Below are positions 8,675-16,428 of a DNA stretch of 24,969 nt, piece by piece. The translations under genes and the position numbers were made by a program. Position 1 is the stretch's first letter; the number at the start of each line of letters is the position of its first letter. This DNA is from Promethearchaeota archaeon (GTDB lineage: Archaea > Asgardarchaeota > Lokiarchaeia > Sigyniarchaeales > SOKP01): positions 1-24,969 of the forward strand of contig JBHLNS010000045.1 in assembly GCA_048941285.1 (NCBI GenBank). Direction: 5' to 3'. The notes below the pieces were generated by a model. It was not told the DNA's origin and did not search any database. It saw only the letters and a program-made list of their open reading frames with translations.

Positions 8675-11600
8675 TGGAAGGTTCAGTGCTAGTTGTTGGT
8701 GGAGGTATAGCAGGTATTCAAATCTCTCTCGACCTTACGGAATTAGGATTTAAAGTATATTTAGTAGAAAAATCGCCCTCCATAGGAGGGAGAATGGCTC
8801 AATTGGATAAGACTTTTCCAACTTTGGATTGCTCTTTATGTATATTAGCTCCAAAGATGGTTGAAGTATTTCGTAATCCTAATGTTGAATTAATGACATA
8901 TCACGAGGTTCTGAAAATTGATGGCAAGCCTGGTGATTTTACAGCAAAAATTTTGAAAAAACCTCGATATATTGATGAGGCAAAATGTAAAGGTTGTGGG
9001 GAGTGTAGTAATAAATGCCCTAAGATAATGGCTCCAAATCCTTTTGAGATGAATATTGGCAAAAGAAAATCAGTATATATTCCTTTTCCTCAAGCTGTGC
9101 CTCCCATTTACTTAATAGATTCAGAAATGTGTCTCTATTTAACAAAAGGTGTATGTCAAATATGCAAGAAAGCTTGTCCTGCGGAGGCTATAGATTTTGA
9201 ACAGAAACCACAAGAATTTGAAATAAAAGTTGGAGCAGTTGTAGTCGCAACTGGTTTTGAGATGCCTGTTGAACAATTATCCTCAAGATGGGGATATAAA
9301 TTTGAAAATGTAATAAGTGCTCTGGAGTATGAAAGGATCCTATGTGCTTCTGGACCATTTGGTGGCCACGTTAAACGTTTAAGTGATGAAAAAGAACCTG
9401 AAGTAATAGCTTTTGTTCAGTGTGCAGGTTCTAGAGATCTTCATGAAAATGTTCCTTTCTGCTCAAGTGTTTGTTGTACTTATACGGCGAAACAAGCAAT
9501 AATTACCCAAGAACATTCGGATAAATCAGAATGTTATGTATTTCGTCATGATATTCGTGCGTATGGTAAAAATTTTTATGAATTCACGCAAAGAGCCCAA
9601 GCAGAATATGGTGTAAAATATTTTCAATCCAAAATAAGTACTATTGAAGAAGATCCCGAAACTAATGATTTAATCATACATTATGAGGATTTAAAGACTG
9701 GTGAATTCGAAGATTTTCGTGCTAACCTGGTTGTTTTAGCATCACCCTTAGTCCCGTCAAAAGGAGTTAAAGAATTAGCAAACTCTTTAGGAATTGAATT
9801 AGATAAATACAACTTTTTCCAAGAAAAATCTTATTTTGATAAATTGAAGTCTTCTAGAGATGGAGTTTACCTATGCGGCTTTTGTCAAGGACCCATGGAT
9901 ATCCCCGAAACTGTAGCTGATGCTAGTGGAGTAGCTGCCCAAATTGCTGATTTATTAAATTCTGTTAAATTTTCTCAAATGAAAGAAAAAATTTTTGACG
10001 TACCAGAAAAAGAAGTTAAAATCACAGATGAACCAAGAATAGGTGTAATGGTTTGCCATTGCGGAATTAATATTGCTAATTATGTAGATGTCCCGAGAGT
10101 TGTAGAATATGTTAAAAAATTGCCGTATGTAGTTGTATGTGAAGCGAATTTATATTCTTGTTCCTCTGACTCTCAAATAAGGATTAAAGAATTAATTGAT
10201 GAATATAACTTAAATCGGTTTATTGTAGCCTCTTGTACACCTCGAACTCATGAATCGTTATTTCAGGAAACTTGTCAAGAAGGTGGTTTAAACAAGTATC
10301 TTTTTGAACTTGTAAATATTAGAGATCAGTGTTCATGGGTTCACATGAGTGAAAAGAAGGCTGCCACTGAAAAGGCTATAGATTTAATCAGAATGCATGT
10401 CGCTAAATCAAAATTACTAAAACCTCAAAAAGAGGATAAAATAGACATTACGCATACTGCATTAGTTATCGGAGGGGGCGTGTCTGGTATGACAGCAGCT
10501 CTGAATATTGCTAATCAAGGATTTAAAACAATTCTCGTAGAAAAAGAAAAAGAATTGGGTGGAAATCTAAAATATCTAAACGTTTTATATCCAGTTCATA
10601 AAAATGCTTCAGAATTATTAGTTGATTTAAAAGAAAAAATAACTAACAATGACAATATTCACGTATTCCTAAACGCTGGAATTAAAAATATAAAAGGGTA
10701 TGTTGGAAATTATGATATAGTAGTAAATGACTTAAATAATAAAGCCCATGATTTTAAAATTGGAACGATAATAGTTGCAACTGGAGGTCAAGAATTAAAA
10801 CCAACTGGTCTTTTTGAATATAATGATAACACTAAAAATGTAATAACTCAATTAGAGTTAGAACAGAAATTAAATAGTAAAGATAATTCATGGCTAGAAA
10901 AAATTAAAAGAGTAACAGTAATTCTATGTGTAAATGCTAGACAAAATGAAGGTATAACATATTGTTCAAATATCTGTTGCGCAACTTCATTAAAAAATGT
11001 TAGAATCTTAAAAGAATTGAAACCTGAGTTAGAGATTGTGGTGATTTACAGAGATTTACAAATGGCAAAGAAAGAGTTTGAGGAGTATTATCGTGAACGG
11101 CGGAAAGATGCGATTTTTCTAAGATATGATTTAGATCAACTTCCAGAAGTAAAAAAGAAAGATGAAAGCCTAGAAAAGTATCAGATAAAAGTTTTTGATA
11201 CTAATTTAAAAGACAACATTGAATTCGAAACGGATTTATTAATACTCTCAACGCCTATGATTCCCGCAGATAACTTGAAGGAATTAGCAATGATGCTAAA
11301 AGTTCCATTAGATAAAAATGGATTTTTCTTAGAAGCACACGTGAAATTAAGACCTTTAGATTTTGCAACAGATGGGATTTTCTTATGCGGCTGTGCTCAA
11401 TGGCCAAAGAATATACAAGATTCAATTGCCCAAGCTAATGGTGCTGCAGGTAGAGCAAGTAGATTTCTCAGTGCAGATAAAATTACTACATCTGGATTGG
11501 TAGCTGAAGTCTCAGAAGAAAAATGTATTGGTTGTGGCAAATGTGAAGATGTTTGTCCTTATAAAGCAATAACGCTTATAGAAATATCTAAAGAGTTTGA

Positions 11601-11781
11601 GGATATTTGTATCAATGTCAAAAAGTCTAACATTAACGCAGCCGTATGTAAGGGATGTGGAACCTGTGCTGCAACATGTCCTGTTGGGGCTATAATGGTA
11701 AAACATTATGATTTTGATCAAATTTCAACTATGATTGATTCTTATTTACTTGAAAAGGAGGAAGTAAAAAACGGATTTTAG
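8674..11781 (+). CDS. hdrA: heterodisulfide reductase subunit A-like polyferredoxin flavoprotein with two FAD modules (paralogue 2)
   Basis: Same motif set and order as 4149-7229 over its whole length; many synonymous differences. Confidence 0.95.
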   Translation: MEGSVLVVGGGIAGIQISLDLTELGFKVYLVEKSPSIGGRMAQLDKTFPTLDCSLCILAPKMVEVFRNPNVELMTYHEVLKIDGKPGDFTAKILKKPRYIDEAKCKGCGECSNKCPKIMAPNPFEMNIGKRKSVYIPFPQAVPPIYLIDSEMCLYLTKGVCQICKKACPAEAIDFEQKPQEFEIKVGAVVVATGFEMPVEQLSSRWGYKFENVISALEYERILCASGPFGGHVKRLSDEKEPEVIAFVQCAGSRDLHENVPFCSSVCCTYTAKQAIITQEHSDKSECYVFRHDIRAYGKNFYEFTQRAQAEYGVKYFQSKISTIEEDPETNDLIIHYEDLKTGEFEDFRANLVVLASPLVPSKGVKELANSLGIELDKYNFFQEKSYFDKLKSSRDGVYLCGFCQGPMDIPETVADASGVAAQIADLLNSVKFSQMKEKIFDVPEKEVKITDEPRIGVMVCHCGINIANYVDVPRVVEYVKKLPYVVVCEANLYSCSSDSQIRIKELIDEYNLNRFIVASCTPRTHESLFQETCQEGGLNKYLFELVNIRDQCSWVHMSEKKAATEKAIDLIRMHVAKSKLLKPQKEDKIDITHTALVIGGGVSGMTAALNIANQGFKTILVEKEKELGGNLKYLNVLYPVHKNASELLVDLKEKITNNDNIHVFLNAGIKNIKGYVGNYDIVVNDLNNKAHDFKIGTIIVATGGQELKPTGLFEYNDNTKNVITQLELEQKLNSKDNSWLEKIKRVTVILCVNARQNEGITYCSNICCATSLKNVRILKELKPELEIVVIYRDLQMAKKEFEEYYRERRKDAIFLRYDLDQLPEVKKKDESLEKYQIKVFDTNLKDNIEFETDLLILSTPMIPADNLKELAMMLKVPLDKNGFFLEAHVKLRPLDFATDGIFLCGCAQWPKNIQDSIAQANGAAGRASRFLSADKITTSGLVAEVSEEKCIGCGKCEDVCPYKAITLIEISKEFEDICINVKKSNINAAVCKGCGTCAATCPVGAIMVKHYDFDQISTMIDSYLLEKEEVKNGF

Positions 11782-11790
11782 GTGATAATC

Positions 11791-12225
11791 ATGTTAAAGA
11801 TGAAAACGAAAAAAAAAAAGGAAGGGTTTGAACCCAATCTTTTAGTTTTTTGTTGTAATTGGTGTAGTTATGCTGGAGCAGATTTAGCTGGTGTTTCTCG
11901 ATTTCAATATCCTCCGAATATTAGAATTATAAGGGTAATGTGTTCTGGACGAGTAGATCCTTCTTTTGTTTTAAAAGCTCTTAAAAATGGTGCTGATGGT
12001 GTCCTTGTAAGTGGATGTCATATTGGTGATTGTCATTATATTACTGGGAATGAATACACTCAGGAGAGATTCGAAAGATTGCATAATATTTTAATTAAAC
12101 AATTAGGAGTAGACCCAAAACGAGTTAGGTTAGAATGGGTAAGTGCCTCTGAAGGAAAGAGATTCGCTGACGTAATTACAGAATTTACTAACCAAATAAA
12201 AGAATTAGGGCCATTCAGGTATTAA
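11791..12225 (+). CDS. mvhD: MvhD/VhuD/FlpD [2Fe-2S] adaptor subunit (all-Cys form)
   Basis: FCCNWCSYAGAD, RVMCSGRVD, GCHIGDCHY, WVSASEG. SD GGTGA at 11781-11785 favours ATG 11791 over GTG 11782. Confidence 0.95.
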   Translation: MLKMKTKKKKEGFEPNLLVFCCNWCSYAGADLAGVSRFQYPPNIRIIRVMCSGRVDPSFVLKALKNGADGVLVSGCHIGDCHYITGNEYTQERFERLHNILIKQLGVDPKRVRLEWVSASEGKRFADVITEFTNQIKELGPFRY

Positions 12226-12246
12226 TTGAAGTTTTAAAGGATAATC

Positions 12247-12504
12247 TTAAATAAGAGTTTCAAAAATACTTAAACGTTTATCCTTCATGTCTTTATATTT
12301 TTTTATAAAATTCTTATCCTGAAGTTTTTTCAAAGCATAGGCCACTGTTCGTTTGGGCAAAAGGGTTTTTTTAATTATATCTTTTTCTTTCAAAGGACCT
12401 CGATGTTTTATCAGATAAAGGATAAATTTACTAGAAGGAGATAATGAAATTAATTCATTTTTTTCTTCATAATCCGAAACTGAATAAAATTCTTCAACAA
12501 TCAT
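12247..12504 (-). CDS. small MarR-like winged-helix DNA-binding protein
   Basis: LSPSSKFILYLI...GPL...DIIKKTLLPKRTVAYALKKL...FI......DKR pattern. Confidence 0.8.
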   Translation of the reverse strand: MIVEEFYSVSDYEEKNELISLSPSSKFILYLIKHRGPLKEKDIIKKTLLPKRTVAYALKKLQDKNFIKKYKDMKDKRLSIFETLI

Positions 12505-12675
12505 ATATTTCTTCTTTTATGAAGTTAAATTTATTTACAAAAATCTTCAGATTATAAAAATATATTCCCTTATATAAGATTATTGGATTTAGATTAATTT
12601 AAACGATTTGATTTGATTCAGTTTCAATTTAATACTCAATTTAAATTAAAGTTTCAATTTTAAACTTAACATTCA

Positions 12676-12689
12676 AAAGTTTAAACTTT
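12676..12689. promoter_or_regulatory. perfect 14-bp palindrome upstream of the MarR-like gene
   Basis: AAAGTTTAAACTTT is its own reverse complement; preceded by two AGTTTCAATTT copies 30 bp apart (12620, 12650). Confidence 0.3.
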
Positions 12690-12743
12690 GTTCGTAGAAT
12701 AAAAAAAAAATAGTTTTCCTAAACGTCAGGAGAAGTTGAACAA

Positions 12744-13604
12744 TTAATTACAACAATTATTTTCATCATTATTTGATGGAATATCTACCCACTCAATATT
12801 TTTTTGATCCTGATCAATAGAAATTTTAGAGCTTTGAATATAATCAATATCCAATCTCTTCTCAAAAAGCTTACGAGCTAAAAGTAAGGCTTGATTTATA
12901 TTTATAATAGTACCCTTCTGAGTTGGATTTTGTTTCTCCCACTTATTAAGATTTTTAATTGAAGTAAAAAATAATGTATTGGCACACTGAGATCCTAAAT
13001 ACGTGATTATATTCTTAGGTTCTTGGAAAGCAATTTTCTCATCTTTAATCTCAATTTTTATCCCTTGTCCAGAAACTGGATCTTTTGATAAAACTATGGC
13101 ATCTTGATTATATGTAAATGGAAGCCCCAAAGCATCGATTACGCATGCTGCTTCAATTGGTTTAAGAGTTCTTCCATCTTTTAAGGTCACTTCATGCTCA
13201 TATCCGATTTTAGAGATTCGGGGTATTATTTTTTCATCACCATTTTTTTTTCTATAAATTACACCTATCTTCTCAAGTTTAACCAAGATTTCTTCTAGAT
13301 GTTGAAATGAGAAATTTAAATTCTTTTTAATCTCATTAATTGTTTGAATAATGTCGTATTTTGAATATTGTTCTATAATATAGTTAAAAACTTCTTCTTG
13401 ATCTTGAGTCATCCCAACCTGAGGAAATCCTCTTTTTACAAATTGTCTAATCAATTTTTCTTCAAGTTGTTCATCGTAATTTAATTTTAAAGCTCGTTTA
13501 GTTTCTTCAATACCTGGAAAATAATGGTGTTGTTTATAATTATTTAGAAGATAGATTAAAATTTTCTTTTCTTCTGGTTTTAACTCTGAATCTATACTTT
13601 TCAT
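12744..13604 (-). CDS. tandem winged-helix (LexA-N-like) plus MerB/alkylmercury-lyase-fold protein with C-terminal Cys-Cys
   Basis: C-terminal half: AACVIDAL (MerB CxxD), SKDPVSGQGIKI, QCANTLFF, W..QNP...G.II....A..LAR. N-terminal half: two similar ~55-aa helical units (LKPEEKKILIYLL..FPGIEE.. and MTQDQEEVFNYII..TINEI..LVKLEKIGVIYR). Ends NNCCN. Confidence 0.75.
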   Translation of the reverse strand: MKSIDSELKPEEKKILIYLLNNYKQHHYFPGIEETKRALKLNYDEQLEEKLIRQFVKRGFPQVGMTQDQEEVFNYIIEQYSKYDIIQTINEIKKNLNFSFQHLEEILVKLEKIGVIYRKKNGDEKIIPRISKIGYEHEVTLKDGRTLKPIEAACVIDALGLPFTYNQDAIVLSKDPVSGQGIKIEIKDEKIAFQEPKNIITYLGSQCANTLFFTSIKNLNKWEKQNPTQKGTIININQALLLARKLFEKRLDIDYIQSSKISIDQDQKNIEWVDIPSNNDENNCCN

Positions 13605-13699
13605 TTAAACAATAATTTTGGAACTCCTAAGTTTGGTATAAGATAACAATTTTACATTTTTATTTTTTTGGTATTACCTATAAAATTATTTTTCAATAT

Positions 13700-13714
13700 A
13701 TGCAAAAATTGCAT
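13700..13714. promoter_or_regulatory. palindromic operator ATGCAA-AAA-TTGCAT (copy 1)
   Basis: Identical to 16442-16456; intergenic; lies between the HTH-MerB gene start and a plus-strand TATA box. Confidence 0.7.
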
Positions 13715-13719
13715 TAAAT

Positions 13720-13727
13720 TTTATATA
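13720..13727 (+). promoter_or_regulatory. TATA box TTTATATA facing the candidate ncRNA
   Basis: 5 nt downstream of the palindrome, same geometry as at the moeB promoter; predicts a start near 13750. Confidence 0.55.
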
Positions 13728-13749
13728 TGATATTCTGCCCATAACTATT

Positions 13750-13867
13750 GAAAAGGAAATTAAATTATTCAATCTTTAAAGAGATTCCGCCCTTAATACT
13801 TACTAAAAAGAAGAAAATTCTCTAACCCTAACCCTAACCCATAATAGAATGAATTTATTTCCTTTTC
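13750..13867 (+). ncRNA. candidate ~118-nt structured non-coding RNA (alternative: inverted-repeat-bounded DNA element)
   Basis: 5' arm GAAAAGGAAATTAAATTATTC (13750-13770) pairs with 3' arm GAATGAATTTATTTCCTTTTC (13847-13867): 11 perfect outer bp, 20 bp with two 1-nt bulges. Internal hairpin AATCTT-TAAA-GAGATT (13771-13786). TATA box upstream; TCCTTTTT (13868-13875) downstream. Confidence 0.5.
13822..13840. repeat. tandem hexamer C(TAACCC)3, complement of the TTAGGG telomeric repeat
   Basis: Sequence reads CTAACCCTAACCCTAACCC directly. Confidence 0.9.
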
Positions 13868-13908
13868 TCCTTTTTACCTTGCAAGATTACATTTAATATT
13901 AATAAGTC

Positions 13909-14859
13909 TTATTTCATAGAATAATGGTTGGGTTCTGGATGCACTTTATTTACGAAAGAAAAGTCAAAAATATCGTCTATTTTAATTATTTCTTTTATAT
14001 ACTTTAGCTTATAAAGAGTTTCCACAAATTTCATTGTAGCTTCTATATACTCATCTGAGAGAGAAATACAATATTTTGGAGAAATTTTTAACACTGCCTC
14101 TGCGTAATTTTTGTCAATTAATTCAAAGGTTTTAGATATTTTCTCTGCTGCTATTGATGGTGAATTTCGCAGCAAACTAGATGCCTTCTTATGTGAATCT
14201 AGAAATCTCAGAATTAGTTCTGGTTCAGTTTGAATAAGCTTTTTATGAGCAAATATGCCATAACTAGGGTTATTTGCCCAGAGGTCATCGGCTTTAATAA
14301 TTAGATGAGATTCTAATATTGTTGCTGCAAAAACCACTAAAGCTGGGGTTCCAACACCTGCTTCTAATATACCCTCTTTCATATCATTAGCGATAAATTC
14401 TGCCTGTTCATAATTTTTTACTTCAATTTCACTTATTAAATTGTATTTCTCCAGATAATAATTTAAAATAACATCATGAATAGAACCTCTACTTGGAACT
14501 CCAATAGCTTTTCCTTTAAATTGACAGAAAGTTTTATTTAGGTTATTATCTAATTGCGTTTTTGTTTTATATTGAATCTTACCAACCATAATAGTTCCTT
14601 CAACATGACCTCCCGCAACACATTTAATCGGAACTCCTTGTTCAATGCCAATAATTGCAGGAGGTAATCCCATATATCCAATGTCCAGTTTTCCTTCTTT
14701 AAATGATTTAATCATTGCAGGTCCTGTCCCAAAAAGAATCCAATTTATATCAGTTTTTAAATTTTTTCTGAATTCCTCGCTTTCCATCAACACATAATTA
14801 GTATGATAAGCTGTTGAGAGATGTCCAATTCTTAATTTTTTTTCTCTAATCAGAAACAC
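13909..14859 (-). CDS. NMT1/SsuA/TauA-type substrate-binding-fold protein without signal peptide or membrane anchor
   Basis: LRIGHLST, FGTGPAMI..F..GKLDIGYMGLPPAI, FKGKAIGVPSRGSIHDVIL, PELILRFL motifs. An in-frame TAA (14877-14875) just upstream of the GTG start excludes an N-terminal extension. Confidence 0.85.
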   Translation of the reverse strand: MFLIREKKLRIGHLSTAYHTNYVLMESEEFRKNLKTDINWILFGTGPAMIKSFKEGKLDIGYMGLPPAIIGIEQGVPIKCVAGGHVEGTIMVGKIQYKTKTQLDNNLNKTFCQFKGKAIGVPSRGSIHDVILNYYLEKYNLISEIEVKNYEQAEFIANDMKEGILEAGVGTPALVVFAATILESHLIIKADDLWANNPSYGIFAHKKLIQTEPELILRFLDSHKKASSLLRNSPSIAAEKISKTFELIDKNYAEAVLKISPKYCISLSDEYIEATMKFVETLYKLKYIKEIIKIDDIFDFSFVNKVHPEPNHYSMK

Positions 14860-14994
14860 CTGACTGAACTTAAATTATCCATAATAATTACATTAAATAT
14901 TAAAATTAATAATCCAAATAAATAAATGCTATATTTTTATAAATACTAATATTAAACTATTGTAATTGAAAATATGATATAAAAAGGTTTTAAC

Positions 14995-15282
14995 GTGATA
15001 AATATTAAAGCTTCATTTCTCTCTTTATTAGTGGATATAATTGGAAAGGAAGAAATATCTTTATCTATTAATGAATACTCAACAATTAAAGATATTTTAA
15101 TGAAACTTAGAAAATTATTAGGTAAAAACTTTGAAAAGAATATTTTTAATATTAAAGATAAATTGAATAAATACATCATCTTGGGGTTAAATGGGAAAGA
15201 TATTCGTAAATTTGATGGTTTAGATACTATTATTAAAGATGGTGATGAGCTTTCTTTTTTACCAGCTATTGCTGGAGGATAA
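14995..15282 (+). CDS. MoaD/ThiS/SAMP-family ubiquitin-like sulfur carrier
   Basis: Beta-grasp size (95 aa); LNGKDIR..DGLDT.IKDGDELSFLPAIAGG with a free C-terminal Gly-Gly. Confidence 0.92.
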   Translation: MINIKASFLSLLVDIIGKEEISLSINEYSTIKDILMKLRKLLGKNFEKNIFNIKDKLNKYIILGLNGKDIRKFDGLDTIIKDGDELSFLPAIAGG

Positions 15283-15298
15283 TCATTCTTTTTATCAA

Positions 15299-15315
15299 AA
15301 GCCTCTTTAAGGCTT
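15299..15315. terminator. hairpin between convergent SAMP and tusA genes
   Basis: AAGCCT-CTTTA-AGGCTT, next to a T-tract (15289-15293). Confidence 0.4.
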
Positions 15316-15551
15316 CAAATTCTTCTTAATATTAATTCATAAACCTCTGCTTTCTTATTTTTTTCTCTTATTTCTATTAACTCTGCTAAACTTTGTCGTT
15401 TACAATTTTCAGGAACATTTTTAATTGCAGGGAGAAAGTCTAATTCTACTTCTAATATATCACCTTTATTTAACTCTTCAAGTGCTAATTTAGTATAGAC
15501 AAAAGTCATCGGGCAAACTTGCCCCTTAATATCAATTTTTTTTTTAGTCAT
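15315..15551 (-). CDS. tusA: TusA/SirA-family sulfurtransferase
   Basis: IDIKGQVCPMTFVYTKLALEELNKGDILEVELD; ATG 15551 (MTKKKID) gives the usual ~78-aa size and avoids overlap with the E1 gene. Confidence 0.88.
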   Translation of the reverse strand: MTKKKIDIKGQVCPMTFVYTKLALEELNKGDILEVELDFLPAIKNVPENCKRQSLAELIEIREKNKKAEVYELILRRI

Positions 15552-15574
15552 GCTTATTCGATTTACAGAGTTTT

Positions 15575-16381
15575 CTATTGACAAAAATCCTCAATCCTAT
15601 AATTGTAGGTTTCAACTAAATCTAAAGCAGTTTCTCCGCACGCGAGACAATTTTCATCCCTATAAATGTCGATAAAATTAAATGTATTCCTTAAAAGATC
15701 AACATACAAAATTTTATTTACAATTAAATCTCCCACTTTTAAAATATATTTAATTGCTTCATTTGCTTCTAGACATCCAAGAATTCCCGGAATGAACCCT
15801 ATGACTCCTGCTTGGGAACATGACATTCCTGTTGGTGTATCAATTACATCACCAAAAAGACAACGATAACAAGCAGTTTTATCTTCTGGGACAACAGTTA
15901 TTATCTGACCATGATATCTTAGAACTCCTGCTATAGTAAAGGGTATCTTTAAATAAATACATGCATCATTAACTAACATCTTAGTAGGGAGATTATCGGA
16001 TCCCTCTATTACAAAATTAGAGTCTTTTAAACATTCTTTAACATTAGCAGGAGTAAGTCTTTCAGAAAATATTTCAATTTTGCAATCAGGATTTAGCTTG
16101 TTAAGTTTTTCAATAGCACTCACTGTTTTCTTTCTATTAATATCTTCAGTGGAATGAAGAATCTGACGATGTAAATTAGATATTTCGACAATATCGTAAT
16201 CTATCACTTTTAGATTACCAATTCCCGCAGCGACTAAGTAATATGCTGCTGGTGAACCCAGAGCTCCTAATCCAACTAATGATATTTTTGAATTTAATAA
16301 TTTTTTTTGACCAATACCTCCAATTTCCTTAAGGACAATTTGACGGGAATATCTATTTATCTGTTCTTCTGTTAAATTCAT
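15575..16381 (-). CDS. moeB: MoeB/ThiF/UbaA-family E1-like adenylyltransferase (no rhodanese domain)
   Basis: RYSRQI, GLGALG, DYDIVEISNLHRQ, GSDN, Zn sites CYRC and CLAC, catalytic-loop Cys in SCSQAGV. Confidence 0.93.
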   Translation of the reverse strand: MNLTEEQINRYSRQIVLKEIGGIGQKKLLNSKISLVGLGALGSPAAYYLVAAGIGNLKVIDYDIVEISNLHRQILHSTEDINRKKTVSAIEKLNKLNPDCKIEIFSERLTPANVKECLKDSNFVIEGSDNLPTKMLVNDACIYLKIPFTIAGVLRYHGQIITVVPEDKTACYRCLFGDVIDTPTGMSCSQAGVIGFIPGILGCLEANEAIKYILKVGDLIVNKILYVDLLRNTFNFIDIYRDENCLACGETALDLVETYNYRIEDFCQ

Positions 16382-16428
16382 TTTCTACTGCTCAGATCAA
16401 AATGTCTAAGATATTAAAACTTACTACT

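Noticed and set aside
4149-12225. Selenocysteine (UGA) recoding in hdrA or mvhD, as known for some archaeal HdrA/VhuD
   Set aside because: All ORFs are uninterrupted with Cys codons at the motif positions; no SECIS-like element was identified.
12621-12690. CRISPR mini-array (units begin GTTTCAAT, like some CRISPR repeats)
   Set aside because: Units abut without spacers, diverge after about 10 nt, and there are no cas genes.
12744-13604. A mercury-resistance (mer) operon
   Set aside because: No merA, merR or mercury transporter genes in the window.
13748-13825. 25-codon TTG-started peptide (LKRKLNYSIFKEIPPLILTKKKKIL) inside the candidate RNA
   Set aside because: The TTG lies at or before the predicted start site, has no SD and no motif; not excluded but unsupported.
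13750-13867. MITE or IS remnant
   Set aside because: No target-site duplication at the stem ends, only one copy in the window and no transposase; kept only as an alternative explanation.
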